A program made the position numbers and the translations under genes. Under the pieces are notes generated by a model, which saw only the letters and a list, made by a program, of their open reading frames with translations, did not search any database and had not been told where the DNA came from. Below are positions 14,154-28,400 of a DNA stretch of 64,000 bases, piece by piece; the first letter of the stretch is position 1; every line of letters starts with the position of its first letter. Source of the stretch: Spironucleus salmonicida (taxonomy: Eukaryota); the NCBI RefSeq assembly GCF_000497125.1, contig NC_090604.1, positions 124,001-188,000 on the forward strand, given 5' to 3'.

Positions 14154-15509
14154 TCAGACATTGTACGCTCCTGCCCTGCTACTTCCCTATCTCTTGCGCC
14201 TAATGATAACAATGGATGATATGCTACCCGCAATTGCACCTAGCACTGCCAAAACAATCGAAATAATTCTAGCATAATATTACCACCCCTTAGGTTGCTT
14301 TAAGTTGATGAAGCTGCCATCATCTTTATCCAAGCCAGTTGTACCTCGTTTAAGGCTATACGCACTAGGAAATTTTTCTGTGAATATACCGTCATTCGGA
14401 TTGTACTACTTAGGAATAACCGCATAAGCGTATTATTCCATACAAAATTAATTAGTACCACGCTCAACGTACATGTGGCCTTCGCTACCCCAGCCAGATC
14501 CCCAAGAATTTTTAATAACCCAAACCTTAACACCCTTGAAGGTGCCGTAACCTACAATCAAAACTTGATGGTCGCTCTTTCCAGAGCATTTAAAGCCCTA
14601 AAGAGCGTAATTTCCTGCATAACTAGTGAGTATCGATGAAGATTAGGATGATACTTTGGTATTTATTGAAGTAATTACAGCCAGACCCCGTGCAAGATAC
14701 ATCTGGACCTTCTAAATGTCCATTTACTTGCTGCCTTTAAGAAGACTAACAGCTGGTGTTTTTAGAGTTCCTATAACGTCTGTCAAGTTGCTTCTATAAT
14801 GCTCTTTGTAGGGCAATAAATATTATTCTTGGGCTAGTTTTGGGTTGAAATATGTATTCTATGTATGATAAATCTTATTCTTTATCTAATTATATGGATA
14901 ATTTGCTGTAGTTTCAACAGTTTTCCATATTTTGGGATTTTCAATTTAGAAGTTAAGTGCAGACACCGTGTCTCCACCTTCACAATACTTGCTAAATCCA
15001 TATGTATTAGAAAGAACAAATTGTTCAGATAAATCTAAAGTTAGAGCATTTTTTTTAAAAGTGGTTTAAGTAAGCTTTTTCTGATCCCTCAAGATGGAGT
15101 TTTCTAGCAGTGCAATAGTACCAAAAGACCAACATGACCCGCACTATAATTGGTTTTTAGCCTTAGTAATTAACCCTAACTCTCTTAAATCCACTTATTA
15201 TGGAAGACTTTTCAGCGCTGGAAGCGGGTCTGGAGCAGAGCAGTAGACCTGCTGGCATGTTGAACTGGCTTTAGCAGAGGGCACATGCTAAAGAGGTTAA
15301 TGTCCAGTTAAAAATTCTTCAGAAATATCAAAAATTTCAGTGACTTCACATAGCTCGCATATGGGTTTTATCTTTAAAAATTATGCAAAGTTCACACAGA
15401 ATGTTTGTTATTTCTCAGATGAGTATTATTTATTGAAGTGATTAGTAAACTCCGTATAAGCAACTATACAATCTTAAGATTTAGGCATAAAAGCCAAAAT
15501 TACAATCAT
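14154..15509 (-). CDS. Papain-family (C1A, cathepsin L-like) cysteine protease with C-terminal TM anchor, 451 aa
   Basis: Absent from the ORF track. My translation gives VDLRELG..KNQLQCGSCWSF (catalytic Cys), [11 protein letters not shown] (His), [12 protein letters not shown] (Asn), then [26 protein letters not shown]. Confidence 0.92.
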
Positions 15510-17028
15510 TTTATGAACAATTTATAATAGCTCATAATACTCTATATTTAAGAAAGTAATTTTTTGGTTTTTGATTATATTATAACTATTTTATGTTAAT
15601 AGTTAGATAAAGTAAGCAAAACAAAATCTTGATAATACTTAAAAATATACGTATCTCCTTAATAATACAAATAAATCATGTATTAAAGGCTAAATTTCAC
15701 CTTATTTTGCAAGCTGAAACTAGTAAAATAACTATAATTCCTGCTTTCAATGCTCTTCTGCGGTCCTATATCTTACTAATTTTATACATTTGCGCAAGTG
15801 GATCGGTTTCTACTTCTTCTCATTTAATCAATATCGAAATTTTAGTCTGACATTATAATATCAGAGTAATGGATTTTCACTACATTAAAAAATTATTGAA
15901 CATAATTATTAGATATTTAATTATAATTAATTTACTTCCAAAATTTTAATAAATCTCAGACGAAATTTTGACATCCCAATACAGAGTTTCAGACTGCATC
16001 GTACCAGCAGTTTTAGATGCAAAAGTAATAGCACAATTATATGCTAATCGCTTTTATTAGATTTGATTTACTGATATAGGGTTGTAAACGAAAAATTTTA
16101 TAATATGTGAGTTTCAATAGGAGAAATTTGAAGGCTATTCCTGTAAAACAGCGTGTACAGAGTCCCAAAATTTAAAAAAAATAACGTTACTAGCTCTAAA
16201 TTATCTAAATCTGTATAAGCATTACATTGTACTATAGCAGGTCTAACCGGGAAATAAAAATACAGATTTCATCCAATATCGCAAGAAATTCCGTTTTTAA
16301 ATATATCATTATTATATCATATATTTAATAATATATATTTGCTTCATAAAATGGGCGGAATTTGTGAAAAAAAATTATTTCTTATTTCAAGCTTCTAAAA
16401 ACCTTTTAAACACTCCACTAGCCTTATCAAGTAATTTTAAGCACACTGCACGATTTTAGCCACTCATTTTTCAACGCATTTAACGCTAAATTGTTTTCCA
16501 ATTTTTAAGCCAAAACTCAAAGAAAATCGCCTTTTAAGCTATAAAACCTCTACACCACCTAACAGACATCGTATATTCTTTGTTTTCAGCACCAAATATC
16601 GTTTATCTACATAATTCTTAAGCCATGAAAAAAATTGTATTTTGCTTATATTAACGTATAATAATTAAATATTAAGAAAATATCTACAAACTTGAGATTT
16701 TTCTCAAAAATAAATTCACCCATTCAACAGTTTCTGCAGATTTTCAAGCTTTCTGCCGCCCAAACTCCAGTTTTCAGTAGTTTCCGCGCCTCGGAAAATT
16801 GCGAAATCGGCCATCAGTTTTTCTGGTTTAATTTTAGTTTTTTACGCAAAAATCGCAACACAAAAAACGTTATTCATATTATTAAACGCTAGAACTTCTT
16901 TTATTCTGAATTCGGTTTTTGCGGATATCTGCGGCTAGAATTTTTTGCCCGAAATACGCAGTAATATGATTATTATATCCTACTTCGTATCCACTCAAAT
17001 TTCCGCAATAAATTACGCTCCTTCACAA

Positions 17029-18366
17029 ATGAGAGAGTTAGTCCATATGCAAGTAGGCCAGTGCGGTAACCAGATTGGTGCCAAGTTCTGGGAGGTCATC
17101 TCCGACGAACACGGTATCGACCCCTCTGGCGAGTACCGCGGTGACTCCGAACTCCAGATCGAGCGTATCAACGTTTACTACAACGAGGCCACCGGTGGTA
17201 GATACGTCCCCCGTGCCGTCCTCGTCGATCTCGAGCCCGGAACCATGGACTCCGTCCGTGCCGGCCCCTTCGGTCAGCTTTTCCGCCCCGACAACTTCGT
17301 CTTCGGTCAATCCGGTGCCGGTAACAACTGGGCCAAGGGTCACTACACCGAAGGCGCTGAACTCGTCGACGCCGTTCTCGACACCGTCCGTAAGGAAGCC
17401 GAAGCCTGCGACTGCCTCCAGGGCTTCCAGCTCGTCCACTCCCTCGGTGGTGGTACCGGTTCCGGTATGGGAACCCTCCTCATGGCCAAGATCCGCGAGG
17501 AGTACCCCGACAGAATGATGTGCCCCTTCTCCATCGTTCCCTCCCCCAAGGTTTCCGACACGGTTGTCGAGCCCTACAACGCCACCCTCTCCGTCCACCA
17601 GTTGGTCGAGAACGCTGACGAAGTCTTCTGTATCGATAACGAGGCCCTCTACGACATCTGCTTCCGTACCCTCAAGCTCACCTGCCCCACCTATGGTGAT
17701 CTCAACCATCTCGTCTCCCTCGTCATGTCCGGCATCACCTGCTGCCTCCGCTTCCCCGGTCAGCTCAACGCCGACCTCCGCAAGATTGCTGTCAATCTCG
17801 TACCCTTCCCCCGTCTCCACTTCTTTGTCGCTGGCTTCGCTCCCCTCACCTCCCGCGGCTCCCAGATCTATCGTGCTCTCACCGTTCCCGAACTCTTCTC
17901 CCAGATGTTCGACAACAAGAACATGATGGCTGCCTCCGACCCCCGTCACGGCCGTTATCTCACTTGCCTCACCCTCATCCGTGGTCGTGTATCGACCAAG
18001 GAAGTCGATGAGCAGGACCACAACATCCAGAACAAGAACTCCTCCTATTTCGTCGAGTGGATCCCCCGTAACATCATGGTTGGTATATGCGATATCCCTC
18101 CCAGAGGTCTCAAGATGTCTGGTACCTTTGTCGGTAACACCACCGCCATCCAGGAGCTCTTCAAGCGCGTTGGCGAGCAGTTCACTGCTATGTTCCGTAG
18201 AAAGGCTTTCCTCCACTGGTATACCGGTGAAGGCATGGACGAAATGGAATTCACCGAAGCCGAGTCCAACATGAACGATCTCATCTCCGAGTATCAGCAG
18301 TACCAGGACGCCTCCGTCGAGGAAGAAGGTGAAGGTGCCGAAGAAGAAGAAGGCATGGAAATGTGA
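17029..18366 (+). CDS. TUBB: Beta-tubulin (445 aa)
   Basis: [17 protein letters not shown] start at ATG 17029, GGGTGSG, acidic C-terminal tail. Confidence 0.99.
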   Translation: MRELVHMQVGQCGNQIGAKFWEVISDEHGIDPSGEYRGDSELQIERINVYYNEATGGRYVPRAVLVDLEPGTMDSVRAGPFGQLFRPDNFVFGQSGAGNNWAKGHYTEGAELVDAVLDTVRKEAEACDCLQGFQLVHSLGGGTGSGMGTLLMAKIREEYPDRMMCPFSIVPSPKVSDTVVEPYNATLSVHQLVENADEVFCIDNEALYDICFRTLKLTCPTYGDLNHLVSLVMSGITCCLRFPGQLNADLRKIAVNLVPFPRLHFFVAGFAPLTSRGSQIYRALTVPELFSQMFDNKNMMAASDPRHGRYLTCLTLIRGRVSTKEVDEQDHNIQNKNSSYFVEWIPRNIMVGICDIPPRGLKMSGTFVGNTTAIQELFKRVGEQFTAMFRRKAFLHWYTGEGMDEMEFTEAESNMNDLISEYQQYQDASVEEEGEGAEEEEGMEM

Positions 18367-19407
18367 TCCTTTCATTTCTTTTATTATATTGTTTCTCTTA
18401 TATTAAAGTGTTATAGTTACTATCACTTCTTAAAATATTGAATATGTTTTATTATTTTTTTAAAGCTTAGTATAGTGTTATTTGATTTAAATAATGTACC
18501 TTATGTCGTTATCTTATTTATAGGGTCAGTTTATCATATTTTTAATTATATATTTTCAGAATAAAAATAACTTAAAAATCATTTTGCAGCAAATCTACTA
18601 ATAATGTCATTCATTAATTCGTATCTCTAAGTTTTTCTACGTTACCCTCCTTAACTATGAATTGTTTGATATCATTATTATATTCAGAACTATTTTCGAT
18701 CCTCTTCTTTAAATAATAAAATTTAAACATAATTTAATTAACTGTGAGCTAAGAGAAATATAACTTCTGTATTATTACCCATTAATTTCCGTATGTGTTT
18801 ACGGCTTCCAATAGAATATTCTTCTTAGACTCAGTCCAATGAAAGTTTGTCATTAAAATCGAGATTTATATCAATCGATAATATCACAAATAAATACACT
18901 ATATGCACAATATTTTACTAAATGTAAGATTATCAATAATATTTGGCATAGTTATTTTTTAAATTAATTAAAAAAAGTAAATAACTGATGTTTTCTTATG
19001 TTTGTGATCATTAAATGTCCCATAAATAATTATTATTAGCTTTTATTTAGATATGATTCTTTATTCTTTACAAACTATTTTTGTTATATTTGTTCAGACA
19101 GAGAAGGTGTTTGTTGAGGTTTGCATTACTATATCGTATACAACTATAAAAAGTACACATTAACTCATTTTTCATTTCTACATTAATTCGCAGGATTTTA
19201 TTATTGTCGTTTATTATTCACTGAATATAAGCAGTAGATTGCTTACCTAAAATTGTTTTCGTAAACATCCTATACTATTATAATTATACCAAATTGCCAA
19301 ATCCAAACTATTGTATATTTTATTTTACTAAAATATTCCTAATGTATTAAAAGTATTAACACGCAATTTACAATTTAGCCATTTTACACTATTAATTGTT
19401 TCTTGCT

Positions 19408-20756
19408 GAATCCTGTTCGCAATCCAATCGCTTGCCGCCGAGACGCTCGGCTTCACCATTGCAAACTTTTCTTCTGACATCATAAAACTTTACTATATGG
19501 CTATTGGTACTTCAAGTAGTTTTGTAGTTGCTGATGGTGATGTCCAAACTTTACTACCCTATCTATCTATCGCCTCCCTGGTAGGCTTCCTACTCGCTTC
19601 TCTCACCTTCGCTCCTATTGTCAGCTGGATAGGCTACAAGAAGACCGGCTTAGTCGGTGCTGCTGGTGCTGCCATCTTCAATGTTCTCCTCTGCATCCCT
19701 TTCAATGTCTATTACTGGCTGGTTATGAGGCTTTTTGCAGGCTACTTCGTTGTATTGTTCTAGCAGCCCAGCATCATCATCGTGGGTGAGCACGCTGAGG
19801 CCAGTAAGAGAGGTCTCCTCGGTGTCATGTTCCAATTCAACGTCACCCTTGGGATCTTGGTTGCCTCCTTAGTCTTACTTGCCATCCGTACTTATCAAGA
19901 TACTTATAACGCGTGGTGGATCAACTTCATCGTCACCCTTATCTGGCCTCTCATGGGCTTTGTCTTGCTCTTCTTTGTACCTGATGTCAAGCCCAGAGAG
20001 GAGAAGGAAATCTCTCCCATGCTCCTGTTCAAGGAGAAGAAGTACTTCAAGGTCCTCATCCTCTCTGTCATGCTCGGCCTCAACCAGCAGTGCACCGGTA
20101 TCAATGCCGTTATCGTATACGCCACTGAGACCTTCAAAGACACCTTCAAAGATTCAACTGGCAAAACACATGCGTTGTCCTCTGTCTTCGGCTCCATCAT
20201 CATCAACGGTGTCAACTTTGTGGCCACCCTCGGCGCCCTGGCCTTCATCGAGAAGCTCGGCCGCAAGATCCTCTTATTCGGCGGCGTCGGTATTTGTTTC
20301 GCTGCACAGGTCGCCCTCATGATCAACTACATCATCACCGCACCCAACACCGCCACACCCAACACCGCCCTCCTCATCACGGCCTCCATCGTCTTCATCA
20401 TCGGGTTCGAAATTGGACCTGGTCCCATCTTCTTCGTCTTCGCCTCCGAGCTCTTCCCCGTTGAGGTAAAGTCTCTCCTGTCCTCAATCCTGCTCAGCTT
20501 CAACTACATCCCCAACATCTTCGTTGTCGTTCTGTTCCCCATCCTTACCAAGGCTGCCAAATGGTCTCCCTTCGTTACCTACTTGATCGTCATGGGAGTC
20601 ACAACCGCTGTATTGCTCTTCACCACTCCTGAGACGAAGGGCAAGACCCAGGAGGAAATCCAGATGATCCTTACCGGCTCTGCACCCGCTGCGAGCAGCG
20701 AAGCCGAGAAGGGCTCCGAGGTCAGGTTCGGCTCTGGCGTTATGACTGCTGAGTGA
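19408..20756 (+). pseudogene. Sugar porter MFS copy 2, 5'-damaged (possible pseudogene, or N-truncated protein from ATG 19497)
   Basis: Near-identical to copy 1 from 19408. The native ATG GTT TCA TTC GGA is replaced by ATT GTT TCT TGC TGA (in-frame stop at 19407-19409). It also carries a 15-nt in-frame insertion (ITAPNTATPNT). Confidence 0.7.
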
Positions 20757-22459
20757 AGAATCTATTGAGTTATTTAAGCACAATTTTTATATCATTGATG
20801 CAACCAACTCGTATCAGTACACCAGATCGCAATAAAAATAAAGGACATAATGGTGAAATTTACAGCTTTGTACAGAGTAGTAGTAGTAGTAGTAGTATGT
20901 AATACATACTAAATACATAAATCTTGGGAAAGATATTTTTTAAAAATTCAAGTCTTTTACGGGAGCAATGCGACTGTAAGAAGGATTGAATATTTTAAAA
21001 ATGACTTTCGCAAGTTTGTGCTTTTAGTCTGTGTTGCATACTACTCTATAGCTTTCTTAATTCAGATATTTTAAAAAGATAACAAAACTTAATTCAGTAT
21101 AGCTCTTGCAAAGCAGTTTTTACCATTACTAAGTATCTCATCAAAGATTTACTTATTCATTTTGACTTAAGAAGGCAATCGACATAATTTTTCCATCTTA
21201 AATAATATGTTTTATATTTACAAAAATAAAAATATTTGATATTCAATTTTTGCTAATTGAATATCCTATATATCGTTTGTCTATAATAATTTTGAAATCT
21301 ACAATTTATCTTGCTGATATAAATTGTAATAATTTACCTAATTATCTCTTTAATTCTTCTCTATGATCTTAAGAAATAATTCTATTAGCAGCTTCATTTA
21401 AGAATCTTGTCATTTCTTCGAATTTTGAATTTTATGCTTTTAGTAAATTATTATTTCTATCATACGTTTCCTAGTTTAATATAATATTAACTAATTTATA
21501 TATCATTTATAATTTTCTGTTTGATCACTTCTAGTTAATCGCTTAAAATATTTACGTATTTATAAGATCTTTCATATTATTAATTATATATATTATCTGA
21601 ATGATGTTATGTTTCGATTTTTTATAATTATTTAATGTGTTGCTTTAAGTTCTTAATTTACTAAATGGATGCATCTTCATTAACAATTCCACTTAAGCTA
21701 TATTCAAGTAATTTAAGTATTGAGATTTATAATTTATACTCTTAAACATTCTTATCATATTCTTCTTTAGCTATTTGTCCATTGAATTACTATAAATTAA
21801 CGAACGTGAAACTATTTTTAATAGCTTTTATATGTCATATCAACATTTTTAATCGTGGACTACCATTTTATATATATTTAAAAGATATTTTGTTAAAATA
21901 CAAATTTAGGAGATTTATTTTTTGAAAATGTTAGATATTTTATGCGTCACAGCGTGAATAATAAAGTGGATAATCTTTTGGAAAACACTAACTACAAATT
22001 TGTGTGGAAGTTGATGGTCACTAATTAATATATATATAGATAGATAATTTTAGTATTGTATATACATTATTGAGGGCTTTGGTAATGGTACTATATACTA
22101 CTTTCATTAAAAAATTGCAATAATCCATAGAAGCTACTAGTTTACTTAGAGAATGTTTATATTATCACTGTCAAAGTATCATATTTAACCATAAAATTAC
22201 TTTCATTACGGAAATTGAAATAGAATTATATAAAATAAATACAGTATTATGAATAATAATTATAACAAATAGCGTAAAAAGATTTATAAAAATTATTATA
22301 ATACTATTATTTAACATTTATACTATTTGTTTAAATTAAAATAATTTTGTATTCTTTGATAATACAAAATAATACAAGTTTATATTATTACTATACTTTC
22401 ATTTAATATTTTATTAGTATAAAATATTTATATTATTTGAATTTTCAACTCCTCTAAAT

Positions 22460-25400
22460 ATGAAATTGACGTTTTATATTTTAAATTAAGAAAGCAATTT
22501 GCTGTTTGAGCTTTATGCTACTTTCACAGATAACTTATTATAAATAAGTAGTGTTCCAAATTAATACAAAGATTTCCTATAGGATTATAATAATTTAGTG
22601 AAAATAAATATTAATACTATTTAAGATTTAAAGATTTTCCATGTCTTTTTAGTAATGTATTCACAGAAAATGATATTTAACAATTTTAAATTGAATAAAT
22701 TTATTATTAATTACTAAATTTATGAATGTGAAATTAAAAAATTTAATATTTCTGAACTATGGGCAAACATAGGAATTCTTATATTACATTTAGGTTATAA
22801 TGTATGTTAGAGTTTATAAGAAGTTAAATTTACTCCATAAGCTACTAATTATTTCCATGTTAAAACAAATCTATTTCCTTCTTTTTAATTTTATGAACTG
22901 TAAACAGCTTCTGTACCTCTGTTAAGTTTATCTCCTTTAAATATTACTGTAATTTTATTCAAATATGCTTTGAAACTTAAGGATTAATATAATTCAAGTT
23001 TTTTGGCATTTATTTATGGTCTATCTGCTAATTTTTTAACTTTAACTGATAACAATTAATAATTAAGCAGCACTTAAATTAAATATTTCATGTAATAAGC
23101 TGAAAATCTTTATTATAGATCTGATAAAAACGAAAATATAGTAATGCAAAAAGCGGATAATATATTTCACCTTCCGACTCATTTTTTATTGGATGTCTCT
23201 ATAGATTTCTTTAAATTTTTATGTATTCCCTCTTTTATTTTTAAAACGGAGTATTTTATTGTTCAAACGGTTTCTGAAGGAGATCAGCAATAGATTAGTG
23301 ACATTAAAAATGGAGTTTTAAGTAACAGTTCCAGATCTGGAAAATCTGTATCTTTGTTATCAACGTATTATTACTATTATTTTTCGCTAAGAAATACAAC
23401 AATTTATATTTAGTGTGCAGATAAAAATTCATAACCAATTTATAATAATTCTAGTTTAAATTACTCAAAAGCTTTATCATTACTTTTTAATTCAGAAAAT
23501 TATGTCCATGAAGATCTCAAATATTAATAAATCTAAGCAAATGTTCGTAAAGAAATAGTTTAGTTATATTAATTGAGCTAACAATTTATTTCATAAAAGA
23601 TCTATTTATATAGTTATAATTAGCTATTTGTTAATAGTTCTTCTATAAATTTTTATTAGTTTTATTATAGATTTTAGAAAAATTTAGATAATTTTTTTAA
23701 TTTTACTTTATTCAAAATTATAAATTATATAAACGAAACCAAAGATTCTTAAACTTATGTCGATAACATTAGTATTGATGAACATGAATAGATATTGAAA
23801 TACATACTTGATCATTATATTTTTAACGCCCATATTATTTATCCAATAGAATCTACTTATAAATAGTTGAAGTTAGATTTTTAGAATAATTAAAATATTT
23901 AACTTATTAATGTTAAGCAAATAGTATTTATCTTCAATGTATATTAAAACACTATTTTTTGCAATTATTTTGAATAGAAGTAGCTGATACTATTTGACAA
24001 AATTATTAATAAGTATATTCTAAAATTGGAAGGCTATGTCAACTGGTAGGATGAGTAGTATTTATATAGTTAGAATACCTTTAAGTTATAACTGAGAACT
24101 AAATAAAAATAGTCTTTATGTAATATAGTAATAAAATGTAACTAATTTATATTAACTACAAAGGAGGTTATATTAAAAGCAAGTCAAGATACCATAGTAA
24201 GCGCTAAAGATAAGTAAGTTTTGGCTAAGACCCATGACGAATCTTGGAGCACTTAGGAAATATCAACGCTTTTAAATTTATTCCAGTAACTACTAAATAT
24301 TTGTCCAGATTTTGCCGATAGCAATTTACTGTATGATATCCAAAATATTTTAGATTCTTTTAAGGTGGAACCAAATAAATTACAGTTCGCTATATACTTA
24401 GATAACATTATAAAAGTTTCCAAACAAAATAATACTACGTTATATAGCAAAGACACAATCGCGCTGATAGATTACATTGTGGGGTACATTCGTAAATTTG
24501 TAGAGGAGAACCAGTAGTCTTTATCAACGAAAACCAAAGCCGTGGTTGAACGCTAGGCTTCCAAGGACATTCTCGATCGAGATGAGTCGGAACCGTGGGG
24601 AAAACAGAAGATTTTGTCTCTGTTTGCTCTCCTCAAGTAGTTAGTTGTGTCATGCCCAGACTTCGGAGATTAGGCGCTATTCTAAAGGATAGAGCAGGTG
24701 CATTTAGGAGTTTCCTAGTAAAATAATGACGTTAAAAATATCGAAAAGATGGCAGACGAAATATCGAAGGTTGAAAATGGACAAGTAAGTTCATAAAGCA
24801 AAGACACAATCGCGCTGATAGATTACATTGTGGGGTACATTCGTAAATTTGTAGATGACAACAAGCAGCTTTTATCAGAGGACGTTAGAACTATCATTAG
24901 AAGTTAGAACTATAAATAAATATTATCATAGAAACATAATATATCATTATAATACAATTATATCTACCAATTCATTTTAGTTTGTGTGTCCTGTTATTTT
25001 TCAATTTTATCACTAATATTTGGTTAAAAAATTAAAAAGCAGAGATAATAGAGAAAGAATTATAAATATCATAAAACTACAGCATTAAATATATCAGACC
25101 TGTTTGCTCTCCTCAAGTAGTTAGTTGTGTCATGCCCGGACTTCGGAGATTAGGCGCTATTCTAAAGGATAGAGCAGGTGCATTTAGGAGTTTCCTAGTA
25201 AAATAATGACGTTAAAAATATCGAAAAGATGGCAGACGAAATATCGAAGGTTGAAAATGGACAAGTAAGTTCATAAAGCAAAGACACAATCGCGCTGATA
25301 GATTACATTGTGGGGTACATTCGTAAATTTGTAGAGGAGAACCAGTAGTCTTTATCAACGAAAACCAAAGCCGTGGTTGAACGCTAGGCTTCCAAGGACA

Positions 25401-28400
25401 TTCTCAATCGAGACGAATCGAAACCGTGGGGGAAACAGAAGATTTTGTCTCTGTTTGCTCTCCTCAAGTAGTTAGTTGTGTCATGCCCGGACTTCGGAGA
25501 TTAGGCGCTATTCTAAAGGATAGAGCAGGTGCATTTAGGAGTTTCCTAGTAAAATAATGACGTTAAAAATATCGAAAAGATGGCAGACGAAATATCGAAG
25601 GTTGAAAATGGACAAGTAAGTTCATAAAGCAAAGACACAATCGCGCTGATAGATTACATTGTGGGGTACATTCGTAAATTTGTAGATGACAACAAGCAGC
25701 TTTTATCAGAGGACGTCAAAGCCGTGGTTGAAAGCTAGGCTTCCAAGGACATTCTCAATCGAGACGAATCGAAAGCGTGGGGAAAACAGAAGATTTTGTC
25801 TCTGTTTGCTCTCCTCAAGTAGTTAGTTGTGTCATGCCCGGACTTCGGAGATTAGGCGCTATTCTAAAGGATAGAGCAGGTGCATTTAGGAGTTTCCTAG
25901 TAAAATAATGACGTTAAAAATATCGAAAAGATGGCAGACGAAATATCGAAGGTTGAAAATGGACAAGTAAGTTCATAAAGCAAAGACACAATCGCGCTGA
26001 TAGATTACATTGTGGGGTACATTCGTAAATTTGTAGAGGAGAACCAGTAGTCTTTATCAACGAAAACCAAAGCCGTGGTTGAACGCTAGGCTTCCAAGGA
26101 CATTCTCGATCGAGATGAGTCGGAACCGTGGGGAAAACAGAAGATTTTGTCTCTGTTTGCTCTCCTCAAGTAGTTAGTTGTGTCATGCCCGGACTTCGGA
26201 GATTAGGCGCTATTCTAAAGGATAGAGCAGGTGCATTTAGGAGTTTCCTAGTAAAATAATGACGTTAAAAATATCGAAAAGATGGCAGACGAAATATCGA
26301 AGGTTGAAAATGGACAAGTAAGTTCATAAAGCAAAGACACAATCGCGCTGATAGATTACATTGTGGGGTACATTCGTAAATTTGTAGATGACAACAAGCA
26401 GCTTTTATCAGAGGACGTCAAAGCCGTGGTTGAAAGCTAGGCTTCCAAGGACATTCTCGATCGAGATGAGTCGGAACCGTGGGGAAATTATCTCTTTCAA
26501 AATCTATTTTAACTAATAGATACATTATTACACTACATTACTTAATATTTTGAGGGTAAAGATTTTAAAAGTTTGCCTTTAGATATTTCTATGTTTCAGG
26601 AATCTGCGGAGTATAAAGTAGTATACTATAATAATTTTTGTTAATAAATATACTAGTTTATATTTAATATATAACAGAACAATGATCACCATTCTTGTAA
26701 TACTAATTTAGTACTTAAAAACTATAGTGGTTAATTTTATTATACTAGCAATTTAAATATATATCACATCCTTACATAGAGTATAGAATCAGTTATAACC
26801 ATTAATAGTATATTTTTATCATTTTATGATCAAAAGTTAAGTATTTTATAAAGATTAATTTTAATATAAGATTCTAGTTATTTAAAAAATAATATTAAAA
26901 ACTATGAGAATTTTAATTTTATTATTTAAGTGTGCTTTAAAGAATTCTCTAAGGTGTCTTCTAATTAAACTTTTTATTGTAGTTCAGCAATTAATATGTT
27001 TGATTTATAATTTAAAGTATTCTTTTGCATAACTATTTTAAAATAAAGTTAATTGGTTACGTTTATAAATAGTCAGTTTTTATAATAGCTAAATGAAATT
27101 CTTTTGTAAATCTATAAGGATAAATAAATCTATGATGACATAATACAGGTATGTTCAATATATAATGATGTAACTATGTTTATTGAGAGTCAAGCTAATA
27201 AAAATTTGTGTAAACTAGCGTAACAGTGTAGTAGTATAATAATACAGCGAAAACATCAATTTACATAATATGATTCTGAGGTATTTACAGAGTAGGAATC
27301 TAATTAAATTTTGACTAAGACCCATGACGAATCTTGGAGCACTTAGGAAATATCAACGCTTTTAAATTTATTCCAGTAACTACTAAATATTTGTCCAGAT
27401 TTTGCCGATAGCAATTTACTGTATGATATCCAAAATATTTTAGATTCTTTTAAGGTGGAACCAAATAAATTACAGTTCGCTATATACTTAGATAACATTA
27501 TAAAAGTTTCCAAACAAAATAATACTACGTTATATAGCAAAGACACAATCGCGCTGATAGATTACATTGTGGGGTACATTCGTAAATTTGTAGATGACAA
27601 CAAGCAGCTTTTATCAGAGGACGTCAAAGCCGTGGTTGAAAGCTAGGCTTCCAAGGACATTCTCAATCGAGACGAATCGAAAGCGTGGGGAAAACAGAAG
27701 ATTTTGTCTCTGTTTGCTCTCCTCAAGTAGTTAGTTGTGTCATGCCCGGACTTCGGAGATTAGGCGCTATTCTAAAGGATAGAGCAGGTGCATTTAGGAG
27801 TTTCCTAGTAAAATAATGACGTTAAAAATATCGAAAAGATGGCAGACGAAATATCGAAGGTTGAAAATGGACAAGTAAGTTCATAAAGCAAAGACACAAT
27901 CGCGCTGATAGATTACATTGTGGGGTACATTCGTAAATTTGTAGAGGAGAACCAGTAGTCTTTATCAACGAAAACCAAAGCCGTGGTTGAACGCTAGGCT
28001 TCCAAGGACATTCTCGATCGAGATGAGTCGGAACCGTGGGGAAAACAGAAGATTTTGTCTCTGTTTGCTCTCCTCAAGTAGTTAGTTGTGTCATGCCCGG
28101 ACTTCGGAGATTAGGCGCTATTCTAAAGGATAGAGCAGGTGCATTTAGGAGTTTCCTAGTAAAATAATGACGTTAAAAATATCGAAAAGATGGCAGACGA
28201 AATATCGAAGGTTGAAAATGGACAAGTAAGTTCATAAAGCAAAGACACAATCGCGCTGATAGATTACATTGTGGGGTACATTCGTAAATTTGTAGATGAC
28301 AACAAGCAGCTTTTATCAGAGGACGTCAAAGCCGTGGTTGAAAGCTAGGCTTCCAAGGACATTCTCAATCGAGACGAATCGAAAGCGTGGGGAAAACAGA

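Noticed and set aside
16945-17028. 28-aa N-terminal extension of beta-tubulin
   Set aside because: The track uses a TTG start. The canonical MREL start is at 17029.
20878-20895. (TAG)6 as a telomere seed or retroposon tail
   Set aside because: It does not match TAGGG/TTAGGG-type repeats, and no poly(A) or target-site duplication is visible. Slippage from the terminal GAGTAG of the duplicated segment explains it better.
21257-21782. Two short minus-strand ORFs (about 77 and 85 aa), one ending in AAGTGA
   Set aside because: They are very AT-rich with no motif, and ORFs of this size arise easily with a single stop codon. Left uncalled.
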